Translations under genes and position numbers: made by a program | Part shown: positions 20,135 through 33,315 of the stretch, in pieces | Numbering within the stretch: the first letter of the stretch is position 1 | Layout of the letters: each line of letters begins with the position of its first letter | Notes under the pieces: generated by a model | The model's input: the letters and a program-made list of their open reading frames with translations, nothing else | Database searches by the model: none | Told to the model about the DNA's origin: nothing | Source of the DNA: an uncultured Planctomycetaceae bacterium | Lineage (GTDB): Bacteria > Planctomycetota > Planctomycetia > Planctomycetales > Planctomycetaceae | Reading direction: 5' to 3' | Length of the DNA: 64,000 bases | Assembly: GCA_963976765.1 (NCBI GenBank) | Contig: CAXBME010000006.1 | Coordinates: 248,001-312,000, forward strand

Positions 20135-21448
20135 TTGTCGATCGAATCTCCACCGCCCGACGGCGCTCCCAATCCGATCCAGCGAGCGCTCAACCGGTTT
20201 CCAACCCGCTATCGACCAGCCTTGTTCTTCGACGCGGTGTCGAACGTTGGCAACGGCGTGCATCTCGTGCTGTTTCCGATCGCTCTGGTTGTTCTGGAGA
20301 CACTGCTTGATGCCGAAGTCTGGCATCAGGCCGTGCTGGCTTCGTTCTTCTTCGGAAGCTGCCTGTTCGGTTTGCTCGTCACAAGAATCGGCAGTGTTGT
20401 TCCGATGCGGCTGCTGGTCACGGTCCCTAACTGCGTTATTGGCCTGCTGTTGTTCGGGACGATGATCCCGTCTGACGGAGCGACATGGTTCACGCTGCTG
20501 ATCGGCGCGACGTTTCTGCTGAAAGTGTTCCAGCAGGTTGCCGAGATGAACATGTTCCGCATGCTCTATCCGGATTCACATCGCAGCGCCGCTGTCGGAC
20601 TTTTACGAGCGGTCTCGGCGATCTCCGGCCTCACCGTCACGATTACCAGTTGGTGGTGGTTTGCCTTGTGGCCGAACTGGTACTCCAGCCTGTTCTGCAT
20701 CATGGGCCTGATGCTGTTTTCTTCGGCCTGGTACTACTCAAAAATTCCCGTTCCGAAGAAGAACATCTTCGCGCTGGAGAAACGCGAAGGGCTTCTCAAA
20801 GCCTTCATGACAGGGTGCCGGATTTTTTTCAGTGATCGACGGTTTGTCCTCTATCAGTTCGGCTTCGCTCTGGCAGGCATCGCGAACCACATCGGCCTGT
20901 ATCTGGTTCCGCGAGTCATGCGCGAAGAAGCCGGAGCGTCCGACTCGACAATCCGTTTCGTCGCCGCCGTGATGCCGGTGCTTCTGCTGGTGATGACCGC
21001 TCCGCTGTGGGGGCGCTATATGGACAAGAAAAGCCCGATGACCGCGCGTGGCATTTTCAACGTCCTGCAGATCTTCGCGTTTGCCTTCTACGCCCTCGGA
21101 GGCATCATCGGCGAAGTGTGGCCGCTCTTCCTGGGAGGGGCGATTCATGCGCTGAGCAACGGCGGTGGAGCCATCAACTGGATCACCGGCAGCATGTACT
21201 TTGCGAAGCCGGAACACGTTTCGCTTTACAACGGCATCCATGTTTTTCTGACGGGAGTTCGAGGCTTCATCGGACCGCCGCTGGCGATGTTCCTCTTCGT
21301 CGAAACCGAAACCATCGGCAGCCTGAAAATCGAGGGCCTCGGCATGGGCCCGTGGGTGTTTCTGGTGTCCGCCGTTCTTTCGCTGCTCGGCGCGATCATG
21401 ATGTTCACACAGGCAAAATTCGACACCGGCCCGAAAAGCACGGCGTAG
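20135..21448 (+). CDS. MFS transporter
   Basis: About 12 hydrophobic segments, WGRYMDK loop motif; start uncertain (TTG 20135 follows GAGGA). Confidence 0.75.
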   Translation: MSIESPPPDGAPNPIQRALNRFPTRYRPALFFDAVSNVGNGVHLVLFPIALVVLETLLDAEVWHQAVLASFFFGSCLFGLLVTRIGSVVPMRLLVTVPNCVIGLLLFGTMIPSDGATWFTLLIGATFLLKVFQQVAEMNMFRMLYPDSHRSAAVGLLRAVSAISGLTVTITSWWWFALWPNWYSSLFCIMGLMLFSSAWYYSKIPVPKKNIFALEKREGLLKAFMTGCRIFFSDRRFVLYQFGFALAGIANHIGLYLVPRVMREEAGASDSTIRFVAAVMPVLLLVMTAPLWGRYMDKKSPMTARGIFNVLQIFAFAFYALGGIIGEVWPLFLGGAIHALSNGGGAINWITGSMYFAKPEHVSLYNGIHVFLTGVRGFIGPPLAMFLFVETETIGSLKIEGLGMGPWVFLVSAVLSLLGAIMMFTQAKFDTGPKSTA

Positions 21449-21470
21449 GGTGGACAGTGTCCACCTTACG
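21444..21470. repeat. REP-like palindrome (GTAG type)
   Basis: CGTAGGGTGGAC-AGT-GTCCACCTTACG; related copies at 43871-43887 and 47856-47878. Confidence 0.55.
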
Positions 21471-22659
21471 ATTTGTCGGCATCCTCACTGCAAAACCTGA
21501 TGCCGGACGCAATTTCGGATTGAACATCCAGAGCCGCCTCACCTGGCAACGCGTTTCGCAAAGCGTCGAGTGCAACTTCGCCACCGAGTTTTCCCAGTGC
21601 CCACGCAGCGGCGCCTCGAACAAGTGGGTCTTCATCGGCCAGACACTGATCGAGCGACGGGATCAGTGAAGCGTCGCCAGAATTACCCGCCGCGATGGCA
21701 GCGTTCCTCAGCAGGCCCGATCGACCCGGTCGATCGAACGGTGTTTTGCGAAATCGTTGTCGAAACTTTTCGTCGTTCAAAGAGAGCAGCCAGCGCAGAT
21801 CGAGCGGCGACAGATCTGCTGCCGGTTGAAACTCGGGCACGGAAGTATCGCTCGCTTTGCGGTTCCACGGGCAGACGTCCTGGCAAACGTCGCAGCCAAA
21901 AACCCAGTCCTGCATATCGGCGCGAAGTTCGAGCGGAATCGGCTGATCACGCAGTTCAATTGTCAGATAAGAAATGCACTTTCTCGCGTCGAGCACGTAC
22001 GGAGCAGCAAATGCGTCGGTCGGGCAGGCATCCAGGCAACGCGTGCAGGTTCCGCAGTGGGATGTGTCGTGCGGCGAATCCGGCTCCAGCTCAACGTCCG
22101 TCAGCAATGCACCGAGAAACAGCCAGCTTCCGGCGTGCTTATTGATCAGCATCGTGTTTTTGCCAAACCAGCCGAGTCCGGCGATCTTTGCGAAGTCGCG
22201 TTCCAGCAGCGGAGCCGTGTCGACGACCGAGCGTGTCCGACATCCAGGCACAGCTTCGTGCAACTCGGCAGCGAGCTGTTTCAGCATTTTTCGAATCACG
22301 TCGTGATAGTCGGCGGCTCCGTTGGCATAGCTGGCCACTCGTCCCTTCGCCGAGTTGACCGGTGGCGCGTCATTCGGCTCGTTGCTGTTCGTCGCGGAGT
22401 GATAGTTCAGAGCCGTCACGATGACACTTTTCGAGCCTGGTAAAACGCCGTCGGGATGCTGGTACGCATCCTCGCGCCGCCGCATGTACTGCATTTCGCC
22501 TTCGTAATTCTGACCAAGCCAGCTCTGAAGATACTCGAACCCTGCCGGAGCAACCGCCGCCGAGATTCCCACCAGATCGAAACCAATCTGCAATGCCGCA
22601 TTCCGAACATGAGTCGCAAGCGCCGTCGGGGTTCGATCGGTTTCTGGAAGATCGTTCAT
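21466..22659 (-). CDS. queG: Epoxyqueuosine reductase
   Basis: VDTAPLLER, GWFGKNT, CGTCTRCLDACPT, CISYLTIE, FGCDVCQDVCPWN; C-terminal HEAT repeats. Confidence 0.95.
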   Translation of the reverse strand: MNDLPETDRTPTALATHVRNAALQIGFDLVGISAAVAPAGFEYLQSWLGQNYEGEMQYMRRREDAYQHPDGVLPGSKSVIVTALNYHSATNSNEPNDAPPVNSAKGRVASYANGAADYHDVIRKMLKQLAAELHEAVPGCRTRSVVDTAPLLERDFAKIAGLGWFGKNTMLINKHAGSWLFLGALLTDVELEPDSPHDTSHCGTCTRCLDACPTDAFAAPYVLDARKCISYLTIELRDQPIPLELRADMQDWVFGCDVCQDVCPWNRKASDTSVPEFQPAADLSPLDLRWLLSLNDEKFRQRFRKTPFDRPGRSGLLRNAAIAAGNSGDASLIPSLDQCLADEDPLVRGAAAWALGKLGGEVALDALRNALPGEAALDVQSEIASGIRFCSEDADKS

Positions 22660-22839
22660 AAATCAAAGCTGAGCTGACTTGCGGTGCGAAGAGGGTGAAC
22701 GCAGAAACGGTGACGAAGGCGGAACGGGTGACTGGCGAAGCGATCCGCAGTAACTTGCGGCTCGATTTTCTGGAATTCTGTCTTGCAGGAATCCGTCACC
22801 TGTCGAAACGCACCTTTGCAGCACACAGCGAGATTGTCG

Positions 22840-23619
22840 ATGCAGCCTAACTCCGTCAAGCAGAACTTACTGGCCGGCGGTTCCTCAATTGGAACCTTCA
22901 TGTTCGAATTTCACTCAGCCGGCGTCGCCCGCGCCGCTGCGGCGACTGGTGCCGAGTTTGCTATCTTCGACATGGAGCATACCGGCTGGAGCGTCGAAAC
23001 AATCCGCATGTTGTGCGCGACGACTCACGGAACAGACATGCTGCCGCTCGTTCGCGTGCCGGCGACCGAGTACCACTTCATCGCCCGAGCACTCGACATG
23101 GGCGCTCAGGGCGTGATGGTTCCGATGGTCGAGTCTGTTGAACAGGCCGAGAAGATTGTGAACTCGGCAAAGTACCCACCAGTCGGTCGACGCGGCTGCG
23201 CGTTCGGGATCGGCCACGATGATTACCAGGGCGGCGACGTTGTCGAGAAAATGAACAGCGCCAACGAGCACCAGCTTCTGATCGCTCAGATTGAAACTGC
23301 TGACGGCCTGGAAAATGTCGAAGCCATCGCCGCCGTCGACGGAATCGATGTCCTGTGGATCGGGCAGTCGGACCTGTCAGCGTCGATCGGAATCCCCGGC
23401 CAGTTTCAGCATCCTGACTTTCTCGCCGCGATGGACCGAGTCATCAAAGCCTGCAACGACAACGGGAAGATTGGTGGCCTGATGCCCACAACGCTCGACT
23501 TCGCCGAAGTCGTTGTCGAGAAAGGTTTCCGCATGCTCGCCTGGAGCGGCGACATCTGGATCTACCAGGCAGGTCTGAAATCAGGAATGAACTCTCTGCG
23601 GGAATTCGTCAACGGGTAG
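22840..23619 (+). CDS. HpcH/HpaI aldolase family protein
   Basis: DMEH, VRVP, ALDMGAQGVMVP, KYPPVGRRG, QIET, GQSDLS. Confidence 0.9.
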   Translation: MQPNSVKQNLLAGGSSIGTFMFEFHSAGVARAAAATGAEFAIFDMEHTGWSVETIRMLCATTHGTDMLPLVRVPATEYHFIARALDMGAQGVMVPMVESVEQAEKIVNSAKYPPVGRRGCAFGIGHDDYQGGDVVEKMNSANEHQLLIAQIETADGLENVEAIAAVDGIDVLWIGQSDLSASIGIPGQFQHPDFLAAMDRVIKACNDNGKIGGLMPTTLDFAEVVVEKGFRMLAWSGDIWIYQAGLKSGMNSLREFVNG

Positions 23620-23620
23620 G

Positions 23621-24103
23621 TTACGCACCCGTGGTCTTCGGCACGAACTCCAGGATCAGCCGGTCTTCGTGAGGGCGGTAGTAGCCGTCGATTCGTTCTC
23701 GCGTTCGAAAGCCAAATTGTTCGTACAGCGAAACCGCTGCGGCATTTTCCGGATCGACCGTCAGCAGGACCGGTGTCCTTGCTCCTGAGAGTGCCGCTTT
23801 CATCAGAGATGTTCCGACGCCTCGCCCACGGCAGACGGGATGCACCATGATCTTGTGCAGAAACAGATCGCCATTCTGAGAAGGAAACATCACGAGCGCT
23901 CCGGCGATTTCGTGAGTCTCGCTGAATGGCTCGCGGTCGGTCACCTTCGCGACGAGCAGCGTTGCATGGTCGCACCAGACCCGCCAGATGTGCTCTCCGT
24001 CTGGTATGAACGTGTCGTTCATGTTCGGCCAGGCGATGCGGTCTAACGCCGCCACATCAAGGAATTCGTCTGGTTGAGCCGATGCAATTTCAAACTTCAT
24101 CAT
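23621..24103 (-). CDS. GNAT N-acetyltransferase
   Basis: VHPVCRGRGVG acetyl-CoA motif, N..AVSLYEQFGF. Confidence 0.88.
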   Translation of the reverse strand: MMKFEIASAQPDEFLDVAALDRIAWPNMNDTFIPDGEHIWRVWCDHATLLVAKVTDREPFSETHEIAGALVMFPSQNGDLFLHKIMVHPVCRGRGVGTSLMKAALSGARTPVLLTVDPENAAAVSLYEQFGFRTRERIDGYYRPHEDRLILEFVPKTTGA

Positions 24104-24290
24104 GTTCTCGTCTGTTTTCTTCAACGGAACGCAGAGAAGAGTCTCTGAAACCTCTGCGTTTTTCTCCTCGGCGATCTCTGCATTAAAACGTCTGCCTGGT
24201 CAGCCCCGATGACAGGCTCGCCCGTGCGAATCGTCATCTATCGTGGTAAAAGACTTTCTGCCTGCCACAGACTGAAATTGGCACAGCGGT

Positions 24291-24601
24291 ATGAGTAACG
24301 ACTTTGACACAAATCCGGAACCGCCGAAGCCGCTCGTCGAGCACGACGTGCCGGAAGACCTGCGCGTCTACGTACCGTATCCCGATGGCTGGTCGGTTCA
24401 CGTGAAGAAGGACGGAATCCGCGAATACTGCTATTTCAAAAATCCTGGCCAGGACTGGTATCACCTGATTCTGCCGGGCGAGATTCATCTGCAATATGGT
24501 GAGAGCCGCTTCTGTCTCAATTGTGCCATGCGGTACGGCCATCTCACGAAGGAGCGGCTGTTCTGGCAGAACGGTCCCCGACGGAAGCAGGACCCGATTG
24601 C

Positions 24602-24605
<4 letters not shown>
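24291..24605 (+). CDS. Hypothetical protein, translationally coupled to priA
   Basis: 104 aa ORF with CLNC; its stop overlaps the priA GTG (GTGA). Confidence 0.65.
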
Positions 24606-26968
<2,363 letters not shown>

Positions 26969-27167
26969 CCTTTCGTCGTTCGGCAGGCATAGGACGTCCC
27001 ACCGCACGAAACGGTGATGGACTTAATGAATGGTCGCGTCATTCCAACTCGACTCTATGCCGGAACAACTGCCCGGAATGAGCGAGCTTCAGACGGTGCA
27101 ATGAACGACGCTTCGGGCTATCATCAACAGATACTGATCTGTTTCCTTCCCGGCGGAGCAACTGTCG

Positions 27168-29885
27168 ATGCGCGTTTGGATTACCTGTTTTGTTCAAATA
27201 TCAGTCACTGCCGTGGCGCTGTCCGTCCACGGTGCCGCTCCCGAGACCGCCGAATTTTCCCCCGAGGCTCTGGATTTCTTTGAGAAGAAGATTCGGCCAG
27301 TTCTGATTGAAAAGTGCTATGAGTGTCACTCCGCGCAGGCGAAGGCGGTCGGGAAGCTCAAGGGCGGGCTACTGCTGGACAGTCGGCAGGCGGCGCAGGC
27401 TGGCGGAGACTCCGGACCGTCGGTCGTTCCTCGGAAGCTGGACGAGAGTCTGCTGATTGAGGCGATTCGGTACGGCGAGGACTCGTACAAAATGCCGCCA
27501 GAGGGCAAGCTTCCAGACAAAGTGATTGCGGATTTCGAAAAGTGGATTTCGATGGGCGCTGCTGATCCGCGGGATGCTCCGACGGATGCGACGTCGCGGA
27601 AAGAAATTGACTGGAAACTCGCTCGGCAGCACTGGTCGTTGCAGCCGCCTGAACGGCACACCGCCCCCCCCGTCAAAGACGCGGAGTGGATTCAGAAGCC
27701 GATCGATGCCTTCGTCCTGGCGAAGCTCGAACATACCGGCCTGACGCACGCCGAGCGGGCAGAACGTCACACGCTGTTGCGACGAGCGTGCTTCGACCTC
27801 ACCGGCCTGCCGCCGACGAGTGAGCAGCTCGATGAGTTTCTGAGCGATACTTCTCCCGACGCGTTCGCACAACTGGTTGATCGACTGCTGGATTCGCCGA
27901 GCTATGGTGAAAGGTGGGCGCGGCACTGGCTCGACGTCGCCCGCTACTCGGAAGACAACACGAACATGGGTCCGCACAACGGACCGTATCCTCACGCCTG
28001 GCGGTATCGAGACTGGGTGGTCCAGGCGTTGAACAACGACGTGCCCTACGACGAGTTCATCGTGCGGCAGCTCGCGACAGACTTCCTCGACGAGACCGGT
28101 CCGGAAGATCACGCGGCGCTTGGCTTTCAGGGACTCGCCCCGTCGTATCACAAGGAGGTCGCACTGGCGAAACTCGTTCTGGAAAACCGCTACGCCGACG
28201 AGTGGGAAGACCGAGTCGATGCCATCGGGCGAGGACTGCTCGGCCTGACACTGGCCTGCGCACGCTGCCACGACCACAAGTACGACCCCGTCACGGTCGA
28301 AGACTATTACTCGCTGGCAAGTATTTTCGCTTCGTGCCGACAAACGACCCGGCCAGTCATCTCCGACAAAGAAATCGCGAAAACACAGCCGGTGCGTGAC
28401 CAGGTCACGAAACTCGAAGAGCAGGTCGCCGAATGGGCGAAGCAGCTCAAAGAACTGCCCAAAGAGATCGCCGAGCTGGAGAAGAAACTCAAAGAACACT
28501 CCACATCGACAGCAGCCGGAGTGGAACCATCCGCTCCGGAAACGCCGACCGAAAACAAGTCTGACAGCACGACCCAAAAAGTGGAGCCGGAAGTTTTTGA
28601 CGTCGACAAGACTCAACAACGAATCACCGAAGCGAAGGCACTGATCGAGAAGGCCAAAGCCAGCACGAAAGAAACGAAAGCGGAAATCGCCGAACTCAGG
28701 AAGACCCCCGGCTTCGAAATTCCCGTCGCCAACGCGTTGACCGAAGAGCAGGTTCGAGTCGAAGAGATCACCAAAGAAAAAATGAAGATCGTCTATTACC
28801 CGAGCGAGCCGCGAGACTTGAACGTCTTCATTCGCGGTGACGCCGGGCGGCTCGGTCAGCCAGTGCAGCGAGGCTTTCTGCGGGTGCTCTCGCCAGAGAA
28901 ACGTGAGACTTACACCAACGGCAGCGGTCGTCTGGAACTCGCCCGTGCAATCACCAGTCGAGATAACCCGCTCACGGCTCGCGTGATTGTCAACCGCGTC
29001 TGGATGCACCACTTCGGGGTTGGACTGGTCGACTCGCCCAGCAACTTTGGCCTCACCGGTTCGAAGCCTTCTCACCCGAAACTGCTCGACGATCTGGCCG
29101 TTCGGTTTATGGAAAACGGCTGGTCGCTGAAATGGCTGCACCGCGAAATCATACTTTCAGCCACCTACCAGCAGTCTTCCGTGCCGTCGCCGATTTCCGC
29201 GAACCAGCTCAAGTCGGTCGACCCGGACAACCGGCTGTTGTCTCATTTCAATCGTCAGCGTCTGAGCGCCGAAGCGTTTCGAGACTCGGTGCTGGCTGTC
29301 AGCGGGCAACTCGACAACAAAGTCGGCGGGCCATCGGGAGACGCTGATCAAGCAGACTTCAAACGCCGAACACTGTACGCAGCCGTCTCGCGACACAAAC
29401 TCAGCGACACGTTGCAGACATTCGATTTTCCCGACCCGGCCATTCACTGTGCCAAACGATCGGACACGACGACTCCGCTGCAGCAGATGTTTGTGCTGAA
29501 TTCACCCTTCATGCGGGAACAGGCAACGGCTCTGGCAACACGAGTGGCCAGGAGCGACAACGAAACCGTCGAACAGAAAATTCAGTTCGCCCATCGGCTG
29601 CTCTTCTCGCGCGACGCCTCGGTCGCGGAAGCAACGATCGCTCGCGAGTTTCTGCCAACCGACGAAGCACTTTCGGCAACCACTGCGGGCTTGCCCGGCA
29701 GTGCAACAAGTCGAGCTGCAAATCCTGCCGGGGAAGCCGGCAGTGACACACCAGTGGTCGGATCAGAAGTAGACGATTCCAGCGACAATCCTATGGCGAT
29801 CGAAGCTGGCAACGATTCGCAAATCAGGTGGAACCGCTACGCTCACGCTTTACTCAGCAGCAACGAATTCCTGTACATCGACTGA
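27168..29885 (+). CDS. Planctomycete cytochrome c + DUF1549/DUF1553 domain protein
   Basis: CYECH, DLTGLPP, YGERWARHWLDVARY, CARCHDHKYDP, NPLTARVIVNRVW, HPKLLDDLA. Confidence 0.92.
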   Translation: MRVWITCFVQISVTAVALSVHGAAPETAEFSPEALDFFEKKIRPVLIEKCYECHSAQAKAVGKLKGGLLLDSRQAAQAGGDSGPSVVPRKLDESLLIEAIRYGEDSYKMPPEGKLPDKVIADFEKWISMGAADPRDAPTDATSRKEIDWKLARQHWSLQPPERHTAPPVKDAEWIQKPIDAFVLAKLEHTGLTHAERAERHTLLRRACFDLTGLPPTSEQLDEFLSDTSPDAFAQLVDRLLDSPSYGERWARHWLDVARYSEDNTNMGPHNGPYPHAWRYRDWVVQALNNDVPYDEFIVRQLATDFLDETGPEDHAALGFQGLAPSYHKEVALAKLVLENRYADEWEDRVDAIGRGLLGLTLACARCHDHKYDPVTVEDYYSLASIFASCRQTTRPVISDKEIAKTQPVRDQVTKLEEQVAEWAKQLKELPKEIAELEKKLKEHSTSTAAGVEPSAPETPTENKSDSTTQKVEPEVFDVDKTQQRITEAKALIEKAKASTKETKAEIAELRKTPGFEIPVANALTEEQVRVEEITKEKMKIVYYPSEPRDLNVFIRGDAGRLGQPVQRGFLRVLSPEKRETYTNGSGRLELARAITSRDNPLTARVIVNRVWMHHFGVGLVDSPSNFGLTGSKPSHPKLLDDLAVRFMENGWSLKWLHREIILSATYQQSSVPSPISANQLKSVDPDNRLLSHFNRQRLSAEAFRDSVLAVSGQLDNKVGGPSGDADQADFKRRTLYAAVSRHKLSDTLQTFDFPDPAIHCAKRSDTTTPLQQMFVLNSPFMREQATALATRVARSDNETVEQKIQFAHRLLFSRDASVAEATIAREFLPTDEALSATTAGLPGSATSRAANPAGEAGSDTPVVGSEVDDSSDNPMAIEAGNDSQIRWNRYAHALLSSNEFLYID

Positions 29886-29890
29886 CCGTT

Positions 29891-31273
29891 ATGAGCCAAC
29901 CACAAAACACTTCTCCGCAACAGGTCTCACGCCGCCACATGCTCAGCACTGTCGGAGGCGGCTTTGGTGCGCTGGGCCTGGCGGGTCTGCTGCAGAATTC
30001 TGCCTCGGCAGCGCCGCAGCTTCCGCACTTTGCTCCGCGAGCGAAGCGGGCAATCTTCCTCTTCATGAGCGGAGGACCATCGCAGGTCGACACGTTCGAT
30101 CCGAAGCCGCTGCTCAAGAAACTGGAAGGCCAGAAGCCGCCGGGTGCCGACATTCGCACCGCCTCGCCCACAGCGGGATTGATGCCGTCGACCGTTCGAT
30201 TCATTCCCTCCGGGCAGTCGGGAATTCCGGTTTCCGAACATCTCCAGAAAACCGCCCGACACATCGACGACATGGCGATCATCCGGTCGATGCACACCGA
30301 CTTTCCGAATCACGCGCCTGCGCTGTGCATGATGAATCTCGGCGTGCTGACTCCGACGCGGCCGAGTCTCGGGGCGTGGATGTCGTACGGGCTGGGAACG
30401 GAAAACGACAACCTGCCTGGTTACATCGCACTTTGCCCTGGCAAGCCGGTGGTCGGTCCGAAGCTGTGGGGCGCTGCCTTTCTACCGGGGCGCCATCAGG
30501 CGACGCATATCAACAATTCAGACCTGACTCCCGCAAAGATGATCCCGCATCTGAAGAACGACTTCCTCGCCAGAGACCAGCAGCGAGAACAGCTCGACCT
30601 GATCAAAAGGCTCAACCGCGAACATCAGAAACTACGACCCGGTGATGACTCACTGGAAACTCGGATTCGATCGATGGAACTGGCTTATCGAATGCAGTTC
30701 GAAGCGCTCGACACGTTCGACATCGCTGACGAGACTAAGGAAACGCAGGCGGCGTACGGAGAAAGTCAGTTCTCAAAGGCGTGTCTTCTGGCCCGACGGC
30801 TGAGTGAAAAAGGCGTTCGCTTTGTCCAGGTCTACTACGGAAACCGCCAGCCCTGGGACACTCACAGCAAACACAACGCACAGAACGAAAAGCTCTGCAA
30901 AGACATTGACCAACCAGTCGCTCAGTTACTGACCGACCTGAAACAACGAGGGCTGCTCGACGAGACGCTGGTGATCTGGGGCGGAGAATTCGGCAGAACG
31001 CCAACGTCGCAAAGCGGCGACGGTCGCGACCACAACCCCAACGGATTCACGATGTGGGTAGCCGGAGGCGGTATTAAAGGTGGGACAATCCATGGAGCCT
31101 CCGACGACTTCGGCTTCACTGCTGTCGAGGACAAGGTCCACGTCCACGATCTGCACGCCACGATCCTGCACCAGTTCGGCCTGGACCACGAAAAGCTGAC
31201 CTACCCCTACAGCGGTCGCAACTTCCGGCTGACCGACGTCGAAGGGCGAGTCGTCCACAACATCCTGACGTAG
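29891..31273 (+). CDS. DUF1501 domain protein
   Basis: SRRHML Tat-like motif, FMSGGPSQVDTFDPKP, WDTH, GEFGRTP, GRDH, HVHDLHATIL. Confidence 0.92.
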   Translation: MSQPQNTSPQQVSRRHMLSTVGGGFGALGLAGLLQNSASAAPQLPHFAPRAKRAIFLFMSGGPSQVDTFDPKPLLKKLEGQKPPGADIRTASPTAGLMPSTVRFIPSGQSGIPVSEHLQKTARHIDDMAIIRSMHTDFPNHAPALCMMNLGVLTPTRPSLGAWMSYGLGTENDNLPGYIALCPGKPVVGPKLWGAAFLPGRHQATHINNSDLTPAKMIPHLKNDFLARDQQREQLDLIKRLNREHQKLRPGDDSLETRIRSMELAYRMQFEALDTFDIADETKETQAAYGESQFSKACLLARRLSEKGVRFVQVYYGNRQPWDTHSKHNAQNEKLCKDIDQPVAQLLTDLKQRGLLDETLVIWGGEFGRTPTSQSGDGRDHNPNGFTMWVAGGGIKGGTIHGASDDFGFTAVEDKVHVHDLHATILHQFGLDHEKLTYPYSGRNFRLTDVEGRVVHNILT

Positions 31274-31310
31274 CCACACTGCGCCCACCCATCGCAACAT
31301 GGCGACAGGT

Positions 31311-32699
31311 TTAGAATTCCGCGCTCTTCGGAACGCGAGGGAACGGGATGCAATCACGGATGTTCTGCATACCGGTCATCAGTTGAATCAGCCGTTCGAA
31401 GCCGAGTCCGAAGCCGGAGTGTGGCACTGTTCCGTAACGTCGAAGATCGACGTACCACCAGTACTCCTGTGGTTCGAGGCCGCATTCTTTCATGCGTGAC
31501 TCCAGAACGTCGAGCCGTTCTTCACGCTGACTGCCGCCGATAATTTCGCCAATGCGAGGAACGAGGACGTCCATAGCCCGGACGGTTTTGCCGTCGTCGT
31601 TGCACCGCATGTAGAACGGTTTAATCGTTCGCGGATAGTCGAACAGGATGACTGGCTGCTTGAAGTGCTGCTCGGTAAGAAATCGTTCGTGCTCGGACTG
31701 AAGATCGTGTCCCCACTCGACCGGGTACTCGAACGTCTGCCCACTTTTCAGCAGAATCTCGACAGCCTCGGTGTACGGCAACCGGATGAACCTGTTCTCA
31801 GTGATGTTGCGGAGCGTTTCCAGCACGGTCTTGTCGATTCGCTGGTTGAAGAACTCCATGTCTTCGGCGCATCGTTCGAGAACTCGATTGATGACGTGCT
31901 GAACAAACTGCTCGGCCAGCTCCATGTTGTCCGTCAGTTCGTAAAACGGCATCTCCGGCTCGATCATCCAGAACTCTGCCAGGTGTCGAGTCGTGTTGGA
32001 ATTTTCAGCACGAAACGTTGGGCCGAACGTGTAACAATCGCCCATCCCGCAAGCGAAGATCTCCGCTTCAAGCTGACCGCTGACCGTCAGAGCGGCTCGT
32101 TTACCGAAGAAATCCTGCGCGTAGTCGAGCTTTGTCTGCACTTCGGCGATGCGTTCCAGATTCAACGTTGTCACCGTAAACATCTGCCCGGCGCCTTCGC
32201 AGTCGCTGGTTGTGATGACCGGTGTCTGGATGTAATAAAAACCTCGATCCTGAAAAAATTCGTGCACTGCCGCCGACGCCGCATTGCGAACGCGAGTGAT
32301 CGCGCCGAACGTGTTCGTCCGAGGGCGAAGGTGAGCGATCTCGCGGAGAAATTCGAAGCTGTGCCCCTTCTTCTGCAACGGGTAGGTGTCACCCGGTGCA
32401 GTGCCGTGCAGAGTCAATTCCTGAGCATGAAGTTCGACTCGCTGTCCCTTACCGGGCGAATCTTTCACTTCGCCCGTGACCGAGACGCAGCTTCCTGTGG
32501 TCACATCTTTGATGCAGTCATAGCCGGGCGTGTCCGCGTCGACAACGATCTGGATGCTGCTGAAACAGCTTCCGTCGTTCAGTTCGACAAACGAAAAGCC
32601 CTGTTTCGAATCACGGCGAGTTCGAACCCAGCCTCCAACTTTGACTGTCTCGCCCGGCTGGGCCTCTTTCAGGACTCTGGCGACGTGAGTTCGCACCAT
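31311..32699 (-). CDS. asnS: Asparagine--tRNA ligase
   Basis: [58 protein letters not shown]. Confidence 0.97.
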   Translation of the reverse strand: MVRTHVARVLKEAQPGETVKVGGWVRTRRDSKQGFSFVELNDGSCFSSIQIVVDADTPGYDCIKDVTTGSCVSVTGEVKDSPGKGQRVELHAQELTLHGTAPGDTYPLQKKGHSFEFLREIAHLRPRTNTFGAITRVRNAASAAVHEFFQDRGFYYIQTPVITTSDCEGAGQMFTVTTLNLERIAEVQTKLDYAQDFFGKRAALTVSGQLEAEIFACGMGDCYTFGPTFRAENSNTTRHLAEFWMIEPEMPFYELTDNMELAEQFVQHVINRVLERCAEDMEFFNQRIDKTVLETLRNITENRFIRLPYTEAVEILLKSGQTFEYPVEWGHDLQSEHERFLTEQHFKQPVILFDYPRTIKPFYMRCNDDGKTVRAMDVLVPRIGEIIGGSQREERLDVLESRMKECGLEPQEYWWYVDLRRYGTVPHSGFGLGFERLIQLMTGMQNIRDCIPFPRVPKSAEF

Positions 32700-32775
32700 A
32701 ACTTCGCTCCGTCGGTTGGTGATGCGCCGACCGGTGATCCGCAACTTCCGCTTGCGATCAAACTGCCATCGGCCT

Positions 32776-33147
32776 TCAGGATTTCAGCGATTCGACAGCC
32801 GCTTCTCGTGTTTCATGCAGATCCCACAAACGATTGACCTGCGTGATCTCCAGCACTTCTGCACATGGGCCTGTCGCACAGCAGACGCACATCTTTCCGC
32901 CCCGGCTGGTCAATCGTCGCCATACTCGGAACAGTGTGCCTAGAAACGCCGAACCGAAAAACTTTGTTCGGCCCATGTCTACGACGATCAACGGTGGATC
33001 GGTCGTCTGCGCGATTTCCAGTAATTTTTCCGCAGCTGCCTGAAGAGCCGGCTCATCCAGATTGTCGTACTGCTCGCCCAGGATGATGACTGTAACGCCA
33101 TTGCGTTCCTGCGTTTCCAAAGCTGACTGAGACATAGTTTTGCCCAT
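32776..33147 (-). CDS. STAS domain anti-sigma factor antagonist
   Basis: [19 protein letters not shown] with the phospho-Ser motif; start may be 33135. Confidence 0.85.
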   Translation of the reverse strand: MGKTMSQSALETQERNGVTVIILGEQYDNLDEPALQAAAEKLLEIAQTTDPPLIVVDMGRTKFFGSAFLGTLFRVWRRLTSRGGKMCVCCATGPCAEVLEITQVNRLWDLHETREAAVESLKS

Positions 33148-33315
33148 CCACTCGGTTGCTGCCCACTACCGTTGTGTACGTCTCATTAAGAGTAGCAACG
33201 TGCGTTGTCAATACAGCGCGAACTTCGAAACCACCGCTGGCCATGACGCATCAGCGCCACGAAAGATGTCACCGAGCGTCGTCGCCGTTTCGCTACTGAC
33301 GAGTTGTGGCCTGTT

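Noticed and set aside
24128..24186. AACGCAGAG...CTCTGCGTT hairpin upstream of the GNAT gene
   Set aside because: Single copy in the window; probably a short intergenic palindrome, with no evidence for a specific function
27369..29141. 590-aa antisense ORF, and similar ones at 24485-25696, 31665-32837, 36491-37513 and 61979-62803
   Set aside because: Antisense shadows of well-supported genes, expected from codon bias in GC-rich DNA; no protein motifs
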